Assembly: GCF_009914755.1 (NCBI RefSeq)
Contig: NC_060942.1
Length of the DNA stretch: 64,000 bases
Reading direction: 5' to 3' (one strand)
Origin: the human T2T-CHM13v2.0 reference genome, Homo sapiens
The notes beneath the pieces are model-generated. The model was not told where the DNA came from, ran no database searches, and saw only the letters and a list, made by a program, of their open reading frames with translations. This document shows positions 42,201-56,409 of the stretch, one piece after another (positions within the stretch are counted from its first letter, which is position 1; each line of letters begins with the position of its first letter). Made by a program: the position numbers and the translations under genes.

Positions 42201-45200
42201 TTATAGAGTTCGGAGGGCTTGGAAGAAGACAGGAAGATGAGGGAAACTTTGGACCATTGCAGAGACTTGTTAAATAGTTGTGATTGAAAGGCTGACAGAA
42301 GGATGGACAGTGAAGGCCAGGCTTATAAGATCTCAGGTGAAAATGAAGGACTTACTGGGAAGAGGAGCCAAGGTTTTTTTGTTTTGCCTTAGCAAAGTAA
42401 TTGACTACACAGTGACCCTTCCCGGGAGATCTGTGAAACTGAACTTGAGGGTGATGATTTAGAGTGTATCTGGTGGAATGAACTTCTAAGCAACAATGCT
42501 CAAGAGTTCTCTTACCTACATTGAACAGCCTGTGCACCTATCTGTGATCAAAGAAATGACTATAAGTTGGAACTTATATTTAAATGAGAAGCAGAGCTTA
42601 AACATATGGAAAATTTGTAATCTGCACAAGTGGTCAAAAAGAAAAGCTGATTTTCAGGGGGAAAGTCAAGAAGGCTTCAGATATTTGCATAAAAAGGAGC
42701 CTAGTGCTAATAATTCAAGACAATGGGAAAAAGGCCTTGAAGGCATTTCAGAGACCTTTGTAACAGCCCTTGCTGTCACTGGCCCTGGGGCCTAGGAGAA
42801 AAGAATAGTTTCCTGGCCCAGCCCCATGGCTCCACTGCTGTGTGCAGCCTCAGGACACTGCTGCCTGCATCCCTGCAGCTCCATCTCCAGCTCCAGCCAT
42901 GGATGAAAGGTGCACAGATCCAGCTTGCCTCACTGCTTCAGAGGATGCAAGCTCATAGACGTGGTGGCCTCCACTTGGTATTAAGCCAGCAGGTGCATAA
43001 AGCAAGTGCTAGAAGCTTCAGAGCCTTCACCTAGACTCCAGAGGATGTATCAGACAGCCAGAGTGTCCAGCCAAAAGCTTTTCCAAGAGGCAGAGCCTCA
43101 TGGTAAACCTCTACTCAGGCAGTACACAGGAGAGTATAGGGTTGGAGTCCCCATACAGGGAGGCACCATTTTCCATTCCCCAGTTTCATAGACCCACCAG
43201 CTGCTTGCACCGTTAGTGTTGAAAAGCTACAGGCACTCAACACCAGCCTAGTCAATGAGGGCAGCTGTAGGTGAAAGATTCTGCAATGCCACAGGTGCAG
43301 AGCTGCCCAAGGCCTTGGGATCCCAGCTGTCACACCACCCTGTGCTCTGGATGTGGACATAGATTCCAAAAAGATGATTTGGTGGTGTATGATGGATGAC
43401 TGGCCTGCTGGGCTTTTGACTTGCAGGGAGTTTCTAAATCCCATCTGTATTTTGTGCTTCTTTCTAGCAAATGTCTTCTTTTTGGCCGTAAATGCTTACC
43501 CAATGCCTGTACAATCATTGTACCTTGGAAGTAGTTAATTTGCTGTGTATTTCAGAGTCTCAGGGTAGAAGGGACTGCAGCCTTGTCTCAGAAGAGACTT
43601 TGGGCTTTGGATATTTGAGTAAATGCTGGAATGAGTTAAGATTTGGGGACTCTAGGGAATGCATCATTGCATTTTGCAGTATGAAAAACACATGAGATTT
43701 GGGGGACCAGGGACAGAATAATATGTTTTGGCTGTGTGTCTCTACCAAAACTCATGTGGGATTTTAATGTGAAACGTTAAAGGTGGGGGCTGGTGGAAGG
43801 TGATTTAATCATGGTGGAGCTTGGAGGGTGGATGCTGGGGGTGGTGGGGAGGGTTGGGGCTACAGGCGGGTGAGGAGGGTTGGGGGATTGTGGTGCAGTT
43901 GGGGCTGAAAGCCAGGGGTGGGGGGTGGATCCTTCACAAATGGACATTTGAGTAAATGCTGGAATGAGTTCAGACATTGGGGGACTATAAGAATGCATCA
44001 TTGTATTTTGCAGTATAAGACGGACATGAGATTGGGGACCAAGGGGAGAATAATATGATTTGGCTCTGTGTCCCTACCAAAACTCATGTGGAATTGTAAT
44101 GGGGAATGTTAAATTGGGGCTTGGTAGAAGGTGATTTAATCATGGTAGAGATTGGGGGTTGGAAGGTGGATGTGGGAGAATGGGGGTGCAAGGTATGAGT
44201 GGGGGCGAAACGTGGGGATGGGTGGCAGATCCTTCACAAATGTTTAAATACTATCTCCTTAATGCAGTCTGTGCGATAGTGAGTTCTCATGATAAATGAA
44301 TGCTGTCCTGCTGAGTTTTGGACTCGGATTTGGCCTGTGTCCCAATGTGTTATTTTTCAGGGAAAATCTTCCCTTTGGATTGAGAAAGCTTACCCAGTGC
44401 CTGTGCCATCGTTGTAACTGGAAAGAAAAGAATTGTCTTTTACATTCAGGGACTCATAGGCAGAAGGGATTCCAACCTTGTCTTGGATGAGACTTGAACT
44501 TACTACATTTGAATTACTGCTGGAATGAGTTAAGACTTTTGGAAACTTTTGAAAAGGTATGTTTGTATTTTTCTGTGTGAGAAGGACATGAGATTTGGGG
44601 GTGTCAGGGTGAGAACAATATGGTTTGACTCTGTTTCCCTACAAAAACTCAAGGGGTATTGTATTCCTGACTGTTGTAGGTGGGGCCTGGTGGGAGGAGA
44701 AATTAATTGGTAGAGGTGGAAGTGAAAACAAGTGGGTAGGGTGAGGAGGAGTAGGCTGGCAGTAGGGTGGTGAGAGGGTGGTGGGCAGTAGGAAGAGGGA
44801 GTAGCCTGCTGCAGAGGCAGAGCCTCATGGAAAACCTCTACCAGGGCAGTGCACCTGTGGCTTTGCAGGGTGTAGCCCCCATGGCTGCCCTCGTGGGCTG
44901 GGCTGGTGTTGAGTGCCTGTAGCTTTTCCATACTGAGAATGCAAGCTGTTGGTGGGTCTATGAATCTGGGGTCTGGAGGATGGTAACCTCCTGCTTTGGG
45001 CTTCCAAGCCCATATATTTTTTCTGCACTGCCGTAGTAGAGGTTTTCCAAGAGGCTCTGCCTCTGCCTGAGGCTTCTGCCTGGAAACAGTGGGTTGTGGG
45101 GGTGGTAGGGGGCAGATCTTTCACCAATGGTTAAGCAACATCTTCTTGATGCTGACGTTGTAATACGGAGTTCTCAGGAAATCTGTTTGTATAACAGGGT

Positions 45201-48200
45201 TATACAACGTGTGGCACATTTTTCCTCTCTCTGTCTTGTTTCTACTTCTGCCGTATAAAACTTCCCATTGCTGCTTGCTCTTCTGGTATGATTGGGAGGC
45301 TTCCTGAGTCCTCCCAGAGGCAGAAGCCTCTAGGATTTATTTAAAGCTTGCAGAACCATGAACCAGTTCAACCTCTTTTCTTTCTGATTATACAGAAAAT
45401 TAATGCTGTAAAGTGGAGCTATGGAATGCCTTCAAGACCTTTTCCCTATTGTCTTGGCAATCAGCACTCAGCTTCTTTTCAGGCAAATGTCTGAAGCCTG
45501 CATTAATTTTTCTCCTGAAATGGACTTTTCTTCTGTTACCACATTGCCAGGCTGTGACACATGTAGCTGAAAATGTAGAAGCAGGTTGAGAAGTGTGTAA
45601 TGGCCAGAGGTTGGAGAGTTTGGAGGTCTTGGAAGAAGACAGGAAGATGAGGAAAAGTTTGGATCAGTGTAGAGACTTGTTAAATAGTTATAAATAAAAA
45701 GGTGACATAATGATGGACAGTGGCCACCAGGCTTACAAGGTCTCACATGAAAATATGTGACCAAAGAAATGACCTCAATGTGAAACATATTTAAATGACA
45801 AGGAGAGCTTAAAAGTTTGGAAAATTTGCAGCCTGGACAAGTGGTCAAAAAGAAAAGCTTATTATCAGTGGGAAAGTTCAAGAAGGCTTCAGAAATGTGC
45901 ATAAAATGGAGTTCAGTGCTAATAGCCAATACAATGTTAAAAAGGCCTTGAAGGCATTTCAGAGACTTTTGTAGCAGCCCTTGCTATCGCAGGCCCTGAG
46001 GCCTGGGAGAAAAGAATGGTTTCCTTCTCCAGCCCCATGGCCCCACTGCTATGTCCATCCTCAGGACACTGCTGGCTGGATTCCTGAAGCTCCAGCTCCA
46101 GCCATGGTTGAAAGATGCACAGGAACAGCTTGGGTCACTGCTTCAGAGGGTGCAAGCTGCAAGCCTTGGTGGCTTCCACATAGTGTTAAGCCAGCAGGTG
46201 CGCAGAGCACAAAACTGGAGGCTGGGAATCCTTTGTCTGGACTCCAGAGTATGTATGGAAAAACCTGGGTGTCCAGGTCGAAACTTTTCCAAGAGGCAGA
46301 GCCTCCTTTACTAGGGCAGTACAGAAGGAACATATAGGGTTGGGACCGCATACAGGGAGGCACCATTCTGCAAACCCCAGATTCATAGACTCACTAGCAG
46401 CTTGCACCTTCATTGTGGAAAAGCTATAGGTACTCAACACCAGCCTAGCCCATCAGGGCAACTGTGGAGGTTAGACCCTGCAACGTCACAGGTGCAGAGC
46501 TGCCCAAGACCTTGGGAGCCCAGGCCTCATACCCTTGTGCTCTGGATGTGGGATCTGGATTCAAAAAAAGGGATTTGGAACTGTGGGATTCAATGACTGG
46601 CTGTTGGATTTTTGACTCCTATGGGGTTTGTAAGTCCCATCTGTGTTTTGTGCTTCTTTCTGGCAAATTTCTTCCTTTTGGCTGGGAATACTTACCCAAT
46701 GCCTGTACAATCATTGTACTTTGGAAGTAGTTAACTTGCTTTGTATTTCAGAAGCTCAGGTAGAACGTATGGCAGCCTTGTCTCAGAAGAGACTTTGGGC
46801 TTTGGACATTTCAGTAAATGCTGGAATGAGTGAAGACATTGGGAAACTGTAGAGAAGTCATCATTGTATTTTGCAGTGTGAGAACAACATGAGATATGGG
46901 GGCCAGGGTCAGAATAATATGATTTGGCTCTGCATCCCTACCAAACTCATGTGGAATTGTTATGCGGAATGTTAAAGGTGGGGCCTGGTGGGAGGTGATT
47001 TAATCATGGAGAAGCATGGGGGTTGGAGGTAACGGTGTGGAGAGAATGGGGAGATTATTTCGTGGGTGGGAGTGAAAGATGAGGGTGGGGGGCAGATCCT
47101 TCACAAATGGTTAAGCACTCTCTCCTTAATGCTGTTCGCATGATAGTGAGTCCTCTTGATGATTTTGGAGCTGAGAGATTGAGTGAGTACTCTCCTGCTG
47201 GGTTATGGACTTGCATTGGGCCTGTGGGCCCATTTGTGTTATTTTTCTGGGAAATTTCTTCCCTTTGGACTGAGAAAGTTTACACAATGCCTGTACCATC
47301 ATTGTACCTTGAAAGAAAAGAACTCCGTTTTAAATTCAGGGACTCATAGGCAGAAGGGACTGTGGCCTTATCTCAGATGAGACTTTGAATTTTTTACATT
47401 TGGAATGAGTTAAGACTTTTCAAACTTTTGAAAAGTCATGATGGTATTTTGCTCTGTGATAAAGACATGAAATTCTGGAATATCAGGGTCAGAGTTATAT
47501 GGTTTGCCTGTGTGTCCCTATGAAACTCATGTGGAATTGTAATCCCTAATGTTGAAGCAGGTGACTTAATTATGGACAGGAGGTTGGTGCTGCTGGAAGG
47601 TAAAAGGGATGGGTAGGATTGGGAGGAGTGGGTTAGCAGTAGGGTGGTGGGAGGGTGGGGGTTAGTAGGAAGGAGGAGTAGCCTGCTGCAGAGGTAAAGC
47701 CTCATGGAAAACCTCCACTAAGGAAGTGCACCTGTGGCTTTGCAGGTTTTTGCCCCTCAGCTGTTCTTGTGGGCTGGGCTGGTATTGAGGGCCTATAGCT
47801 TTTCCACACTAAGGGCGTGAGTTGTTGGTGGGTCTATGAATCTGGGAACTGGAGGTTGGTGGTCACTTGTGTGGGGGCTCAAAGCCCATATTTTCTTTCT
47901 GCACTTCCATAATACATGTTTTCCAAGAGGCTCTGCGTCTGAAGGAGGCTTCTGCCTGGAAACAGTGGGAGTCGGGGGTGGGGGGTGGATCCTTCACCAA
48001 TGTTTAAGCACCATCTTCTAGATGCTGACCCTGTGATAGTGACTTCTCATGAGATCTGCTTGTTTAATGGGGCATGACACCTGTTTCCTTTCTCTGTCTT
48101 GCTCCTACTCTTCCCATATGAGACATCTCCTTGCCCCTTGACATTCTGGTATGATTGGGAGGCTTCCTGAGTCCTGTCAGATGCAGAAGCCACTATGCTT

Positions 48201-50539
48201 CCTTACAGTCTGCAGAATCATTAACCTATTAAACCTCTTTTCTTTATGATCATGGAGAAAATTATTACTGCAAAGTGGAACTGTTAAATGTCTTCAAGGC
48301 CTTCTCCCTAATGTCTTGGCAATCAGCAATGGGCTTCTTTTTATTCAAGTATCTGAAGCCTCCTTGAATTTTTCCCCAGAAAATGGGCTTGTCTTCCATT
48401 ACCACACTGCCAGCCTGTGACAAAAATAGCTGATAATGTAGAAGCAGGTTCAGAAGGGGGTAGCAGATGGAGTTCAGGAGAGTTTGGAGGACTTCAAAGA
48501 CAGGGAGATGAGGGAAAGTTTGGATCTTTGTAAAGAGTTGTTAAATACTTGTGATCAGAAGACTCACAGGAAAATGGACAGTAAGGATCAGATTGAGAAG
48601 CTCTCAGATGAAAATGAGGAACTTACTGCAAACAGGAGCCAAGGTTACTTTTGTTTTGCTGTAGCAAAGAACGTGGATGTACAGTGACCCTGCCCTGGAG
48701 ATCTGTGAAACTTTGAACTTGAGGGTGATGACTTACTGCGTATCTGATGGAATGAACTTCTGGGTCGCAAAGCTGAAGGGGTGTCCTGTCTGTATCAAAC
48801 AGCCTGTGCCCTTATGTGTGACCGAGGAAATGACATCTGGATGGGTCTTACATTAAATGAGTCCGAACTCTTATATTAAATGAGAAACAGAACTCAACAA
48901 TTTGCAGCCTGGCCAAATGGTCAAAAAGAAAAGCTGATTTTCAGGGGAAAACTGAGGAAGGCTTCAGAAATTTGCATGAAAAGGAGCCCAGTGCTAATAG
49001 CCAAGACAATAGGGAAAAGGCCTTGAAGCCATTTCAGAAACCTTTGTAGCAGCCCTTGCTAATATAGGCCCTGGGGCCTAGGAGAGAAGAATGGTTTCCT
49101 AGGCCAGTTCCATGACCCCCCTCTATATGCAGCCACAGGACACTGCTGCCTGCATCCCTGCAGCTCTGGTTCCAGCCGTGGCTGAAAGATGCACAGGTAC
49201 AGCTTGCATCACACTTCAGGGGTGCAAGCTTCAAGCTTTGGTAGCTTCCACATAGTGTTAAGCCAGCAGGTGCACAGAGCACAAAACAAGAGGCTTGGGA
49301 GCCTTTGTCTAGACTCCATAGTATGTACGGAAAAACCTGGGTGTTCAGGCAGCAGCTTTTCCAAGAGGCAGAGCCTCATGGGAAACCTTTACTAGGACAG
49401 TACAGAAGGACAATATAGGGCTGGAGTCCCTAAATATGGAGGCACCATTCTCCAGACCCCAGATTCATATACCCACCAACAGCTGGCACACTGAGTGTGA
49501 AAAGCTACAGGCACTCAACACCAGCCCAGCCCATGAGGGCAGCTGTGGGGGATAGACCCTGCACAGCCACAGGTGCAGAGCTGCCCAATGCCTTGGGAGC
49601 CCAGGCATCACACACCTGTGCTCCAGATGTGAGATGTAGATTCAGAAAAGATGATTTGGAGCTGTAGGATTCAATGACTGGCCTGCTGGGTTTTTGACTT
49701 GTATGGGGTCTGTAAGTCCTTGTACATTTTAGTAAATGCTGGAATGAGATAAGTCATTGGGGGACAGTAGAGAAGTCATCATTGTATTTTGCAGTGTGAC
49801 AAGGATACAAGATTTGGGGAGCAAGAGCCAGAATAATATGATTTGATTCTGTGTCCCTACCAACACTCATGTGGAATTGTAATAGGGAATGTTAAAGGTG
49901 GGACCTGGTGGGAGGTGATTTAATCATGGAGAAGAGTGGGTGTTGGAGATAGTGGTGTGGGGAGAATGGGAGAGATCATCTTGTGGGAGTGAAAGATGAG
50001 GGCAGGGGGCAGATTTTTCACAAAGGGGTAAACACTGTCTCCTTAATGCTGTCCGCATGACAGTGAGTTCTCTTGATGATTTTTGAGCTGTGAGATTGAG
50101 TGAATACTGTCCTGCTGGGTTATGGATTTGCATTTGGCCTGTGGGCCCGTTTGTGTTATTTTTCTGGGAAATTTCTTCCCTTTGGATTGAGAAAGCTTAC
50201 ACAACGCCTGTACCATCATTGTACCTTGAAAGAAAAGAAATCTCCTTTAAATTCAGGGGCTCATAGGCAGAAGGGACAGTAGCCTTGTCTCAGATGAGAC
50301 TTTGAACTTTTTACACTTGGAATGAGTTAAGGCTACTGGAGCTTTTGAAAAGGCATGATTGTATTTTGCTCTGTGATAAGGACATGAGATTCTGGGATAT
50401 CAGGGTCAGAATAATATGATTTGGCTGTGTGTTCCTATAAAAATAAATGTGGAATTGTAATTCCAAATGTTGAAGGTGGGGCCTGGGGGAGGTGATTTAA
50501 TCATGGATCGGAGGTGGTTGGGGGTGGAAGGAAAAGGGT

Positions 50540-51088
50540 TGTAACCAAGCGAGTGGTAGAGAAACCCCACACTATGAGACGAATTCAGGAGTCCTTTATT
50601 GCTGGCGACTGAGAGAGCGCTAGTGCTCAAACTTCTCTCGGCCCCTAAGAAGGGGCTAGATTTTCTTTTATACTTTGGTTTAGAAAGGGGAGGGGGAGCC
50701 TAGCTGAAGGAATCTCACAGCAGCAAAACAGGCAAAAAAGTTAAAAAGATAAATGGCTACAGGAAAACAAACAGTTCCAGGTGCAGGGGCTTTAAATCCA
50801 TCCAAAGGTGATAGATGTGGGGGCTTTGGGTGCTATCAACTGGACACAAATGTGGGGGCTTTAGGTACCATCAACAGGGTGAATTCCTGGGAATTGTGGA
50901 TATAGCTTGCCAGAGTATCTTATCAGTAATTGCATTCTTTGATGTGCTGGGAGTCAGCTTGCACAAGTTAAGTCCTTGAGGAAGGGGTGTGCGTAAAGGA
51001 GCTGCAAATGAAGGTGCGAAGATGGAGTCTGTCTGGCTCTCTCAGCTAAGGGAGAGTCGACCAGGTTAAAACAAGGTAGGGTATCACA
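50540..51088 (-). mobile_element. Solo ERV LTR (549 bp; tentatively LTR6/HERV-S71-like) inserted in the array
   Basis: TG...CA termini; flanking direct repeat AAAGGGT (50533-50539 / 51089-51095); minus-strand TATAAAA at 50666-50672 and AATAAA at 50595-50600; absent from other monomers. Confidence 0.8.
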
Positions 51089-54000
51089 AAAGGGTTGGTT
51101 AGGGTGGGGAGGAGTAGGCTGGCAGTAGAATGGTGGGCAGGTGGAGGGTAGTAGGAAGGGGGAGTAGCCTGCTGCAGAGGCACAGACACATGGAAAACCT
51201 CTACTAGGGCACCGCACATGTGGCTTTGCAGGGTTGAGCCCCTGCAGCTGCTTTCATGGGCTGGGTTGGTGTTCAGGTTTGGAAAAGCCTGTAGTTTTTC
51301 CACAGAGGGTGTGAGCTGTTGGTGGGTCTATGAATCTAGGGTCTGGAGGTTGGTGGCCATCTGCATGGGGGCTTCAAGCCCATATTTTCCTTCCACACTT
51401 CCCTGGTAGAGGTTTTCCAAGAGGCTCTGCCTGTCCAGCAGGCTTCTGTTTGGAAACAGTGGGAGTTGGGGGTGGGTGGTTTTTCCTTCCTCAATGTTTA
51501 AGCACCATCTTCATGATGCTGGCCTTGTGATAGTGAGTTCTCAGGAGATCTGGTTGTATAATAGGGTGTGGTCTTCTCTCCTCTCTCGGTCTTGTGCCTA
51601 CTCCTGCCACATGAATCATCTCATTGCCCCTGGACATTCTGATATGATTGGGAGGCTTCCTGAGTCCTCCCAGATTCAGAAGCCATTATGTTTCCTTATG
51701 GCCTGCAGAACCATGAGCCAATTAAACCTCTTTTCTTTATGATCATAGAGAAAACTAGTGGTGCAAAGTGGAACCATTAAATGTCAATGTCTTGGCAATC
51801 AGCACTCAGCTTCTTTTCATTCAAGTATGTGAAGGCTTCATGAATTTTCCCCCTGAAAATGGACTTGTTTTCCTTTACCACATTGCCAGGCTGTGGCAAA
51901 GATAGTGATAATGTAGAAGCAGGTTCAAAAGGGAGTAGCGGACAGAGGTCGGGAGAGTTTGGAGGGCTTCAAAGACAAGAAAATGAAAGAAAGTTTGGAT
52001 CTTTGTAAAGAATTGTTAAACACTTGTGATCAGAAGGCTCACAGGAAAATGGTCAGTGAAAGCCCAACTTAGAATGTCTCAGATGAAAATGAAGCACTTA
52101 CTGGGAACAGAAGTCAAAGTTACTTTTGTTTTCTTAGCAAAGAACGTGACTGCACGGTGACCTCGCCGTGGAGATCTATGAAACTTTGAACTTGAGGGTG
52201 ATGATTTACTGAGTATCTGGTGGAATGAACTGGGCAGCAAAGCTCAAGAGGTGTCCTGTCTCCATCGAACAGCCTGTGCTCTTATGTGTGATGGAGAAAA
52301 TGACCTCTGGATGAGACTTACAGTAAATGAGTCCCGACTCTTACATTACATGAGAAACAGAACTCAAAAGTTTGGAAAATTTGTAGCCTGGCCATGTGGT
52401 CAAAAAGAAAAGCTGATTTTCAGGGGGAAAATTGAGGAAGGCTTCAGAAACTTGCATGAAAAGGAGCCCAGTGCTATTAGACAAGACAATAGGGAAAAGG
52501 CCTTGAAGGAATTTCAGAGACCTTTCCAGCAGCCCTTGCTGTTAGAGGCCCTGGGGCCTAGGAGAGAAGAATGGTTTCCTGGGCGAGTTCCATGAACCCC
52601 CTCTGTGTGCAGCCTCAGGACGCTGCTGCCTGCATCCCTGCAGCTCCAGCTCCAGCTCCAGCTCCAGCTCCAGCCATGACTGAAAGATGCACAGGTACAA
52701 CTTGGGTCACTGATACAGAGGGTGCCGGCTAGAAGCCTTGGTAATTTCCTCATAGTGTTAAGCCACTGGTGGACGGAGCATGAGACTAGAGGCTTGGGAA
52801 CCTCTCTACAGATTTTGGAAGATGTATGGAAATGCATGGGTGTCCAGGCAAAAGCATCCCAAAAAGGCAGAGCATTATATGAAACTTCTACTAGGGCAGT
52901 GCAGAAGGAAAACATGGGGTTGGAGCCTCCACACTGGAGGCAACCATCATGCAGACCCCAGATTCATAGACCCCCAACAACTTGTATCCTTAGTGGGGAA
53001 AAGTCACAGGCACTCAACACCAGCCGAGCCCATGAGGGCACCCATGGGCATAAAACCTGCAATGCCGCAGGTGCCAAGCTGCCCAAGGCCTTGTGAGCCC
53101 AGCCCTCACACCACTGTGCCCTGGATGTGGGACAGGGTTTCAAAAAGGGTGATTTTGGAGCAGTAGGATTGAATGAATGGCCTTCTGGGTTTGGAGTTTC
53201 ATGGGGCCGATAAGTCCTGTCTGTGTTTTATTTTTTTCTGGCAAAATTTTTCCTTTTGGCCGGGAATGCTTACCCAGTGCCTCTACAAACATTGTACCTT
53301 GGAAGTAGTTAACTTGCTTTATATTTCAGAGGCTCATGGGCCTAAGCAACTGTAGCCTTGTGCCAGATGAGACTTTAAGCTTTGAACATTTGAATAAATG
53401 CTGTAATGATATAAGATTTTGGGGGATTGTAGGGAAGACATCACTATATTTTGCAATGTGAGAAGGACATGAGATTTGGGGAGCCAGGGACAGAATAATA
53501 AAATTCAGCTCTGTGTCTCTACCAAAACTCATGTGGAATTGTCATCGGAATGTTAAAGGTGGGGCCTGGTGGAAGGTGATTTAATCACGGTGGAGAGTGG
53601 AGGTTGGAAGATGGGGTGTAGGGAGAATGGGGGATTTATGGTGCAGGTGAGGAGTGAAAAATGGGAGTTGGGGGGTGGATGCTTCACAAATGATTAAACA
53701 CTCTCCTAATTGCTGTCCTTGTGATAGTGAGTTCTCTTCATGATTTTGGAGCTGTAAGATTGAATGGATACTGGCCTTCTGGGTTTTGGAGTTGTATTGG
53801 GTCTGTGGTCCCACTTGTGTTTCCTTCCTGGGAAATTTCTTCCCTTTGGATTGAAAGTGCTTACCCAAAGCCTCTACCATTATTGTACCTTGAAAGAAAA
53901 GAACATCCTTTTAAATTCAGAGACTCATAGGGAAAACGTACTGTAGAACTGTCTCAGATGAGATGTTGACTTTTTTATATTTGAGTTGATGTTGGAATGA

Positions 54001-56409
54001 TTTAAGACTTTTGGAAACTTATGAAAAGGCATGAATATATTTTGATCTGTGAGAAGGACATGAGACTGTGGGGATCAGGGTCAGAATAATATGATTTGGC
54101 TGTGTTTCTTTACCAAAACTCATGTGAATTGTAATCCTTAATGTTGGAGGTGGGGCCTGGCTGGAGGTGATTTAATCATGGATGGGAGGGGGCTGGGGGT
54201 GGAAGGAAAAGGGGGTGGGTAGGTTGTTAGTAGGGTGGTGAGAGGGTGGTGGGTAGCAGGAAGGGGGAGTAGCCTGCTGCAGAGGCAGAGGCTCAAGGAA
54301 AGTCTCTACTAGGACAGTGCACCTGTGGCTTTGCAGGTTGTGGCCCCCATGGCTGCTCTCTTGGGCTGGGCTGGTGTGGAGTGCTTGTAGCTGTTCCATG
54401 CAGAGAGTGCAAGCTGTTGGTGGGTCTATGAATCTGCAGTCTGGAGGATGGTGGCCTCCTGTGTGTGGGCTCCAAGCCCATATTTTCCTTCTGCACTGCA
54501 CTCGTGGAGGTTCTCCAAGAGGTTCTGCCTCTGCAGGAGGCTACTGACTGGAAACAGTAGGTGGTGGTGTGGGTGGATCCTTCACCATTGGTTAGTCTTC
54601 CTGATGCTGATCTCCTGATAGTGAGTTCTCATGAGATCTGGTTGTATAACCTGGTGTGGCACCTCTTTCCTCTCTGTGTCTTCTTCCTACTGCTGCCATA
54701 TGGAACATCTCATTGTCACTTGGCCTTTTGCTATATTGGGAGGCTCCCTGAGTCCTCCCAGAAGCAGAAACCACTTGCTGCCTTTACAGCCTGCTAAACC
54801 ATGAGGCAATTAAACCTCTTTTAAAAATAATATTACAGAAAATTTGTACTGTAGAGTGGAGCTATGAAATGCCATCAAGGTTTTTTCCTCTTTTTTTTTT
54901 TTTTTTTACTATTAGCATTTGGCTTCTTTTATATGGAAATATCTGAAGCCTTCTTGAATTTTCCACCTGAAAATGGACTTTTCTTCTTTTACCACATTGC
55001 CAGGCTGCCACAACGGTAGCTGAAAATGTAGAAGCAGATTCAGAAGTGGGTAACGACCGGAGGCTGCACAGTTTGGGGGGCTTGGAAGAAGACAGAAAGA
55101 TGAGGGAAAATTTGGACTCTTGTAGAGACGTGTTAAATTAAAAGGGTGAGAATAGAGACTTGTTACATAGCCATAATTAAAAGAGTGACTGAAGGATGGA
55201 CAGTGAAGGCCAGGCTTAGAAGGTCTCAGATGAAAATGAGCAACTTACTGGGAACAGGAGTCAAGGTTACTTTTGTTTTGCCTTAGCAAAGAACTTGGCT
55301 GGATGGTGTCCCTGCCCTGGAGACCTCTGAAACTTTGAACTTGAGTGTGATGATTTAGGGTATATCTGGTGAAATGAAGTAGGCAGCAAAGCTCAAGAGG
55401 TGTCTTGTCTGTTTTGAACAGCCTGTGGTCTTCTCTGTGACTGAATAAATGACCTCAAATTGAAAGTTATATTTAAATGAGAAGCAGGGCTTAAAAGTTT
55501 GGAAAATTTGCAGCCTGGCCAAGTGGTCAAAAAGAAAAGCTGATTTTCAGTGGGAAAATTCAAGAAGGCTTCAGAAATTTTCATAAAATGGAGCCCAGTG
55601 CTAATAGCTAAGACAATGTTTAAAAGGCCTTGAAGCCATTTCAGAGACCTTTGCAGCAGAGCTTGCTGTCAAGGCCCTGAGTTCTAGGACCGAAGAATGT
55701 TTTTCTCGGTGAGTCCCATGGTCACGTTGCTGTTTCCATCCTCAGGACACTGCTGCCTGCATCCCTGAAGCTCCAGCTCCAGCTCCAGCCATGGCTGAAA
55801 GATGCACAGGTACAGCTTGCATCACTGCTTCAGGGGTGCAAGCTTCAAACCTTGGTGGCTTCCACATAGTACTAAGCCAGCAGGTGCACAGAGCACAAAA
55901 CTAGAGGCTTGGGAGCCTTTGTCTAGATGCCAGAGTATGTACGGGAAAACCTGAGTGTTGAGGCAGAAGCTTTTCCAAGAGGCAGAGCCTCATGGGAAAA
56001 TTTTACTAGAGCAGTACAGAAGGAACATATAGGGTTGCAGCCCCCAAACAGGAATGCACTATTTTCCAGACCCCAGATTCATAGACCCGCCAACTGCTGG
56101 CATCCTGAGTGTGGAAAAGCCAAAGGCACTCAACACCAGCCCAGCCCATGAGGGCACCTGTGGGGGATAGACCCTTCACAGCCACAGATCCTGAGCTGCC
56201 CAAGGCCTTGGGAGCTCAGCCATCCACCCCTGTGCTCCAGATGTGGGATATAGATTCAGAAAAGATGACTTGGGAGCTGTAGGAATCAATGACTGGCTTG
56301 CTGGGTTTTTGACTTGCATGGGGTGTGAAAGTCCCATCTGTGTTTTGTGTTTCTTTCTGGCAAATTTTTTCCCTTTGGGTGGGAATGCTTACCCAACTCC
56401 TGTGTAATC

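Noticed and set aside
52641-52675. (CAGCTC)n expansion
   Set aside because: Simple slippage of a motif present in fewer copies in the other monomers.
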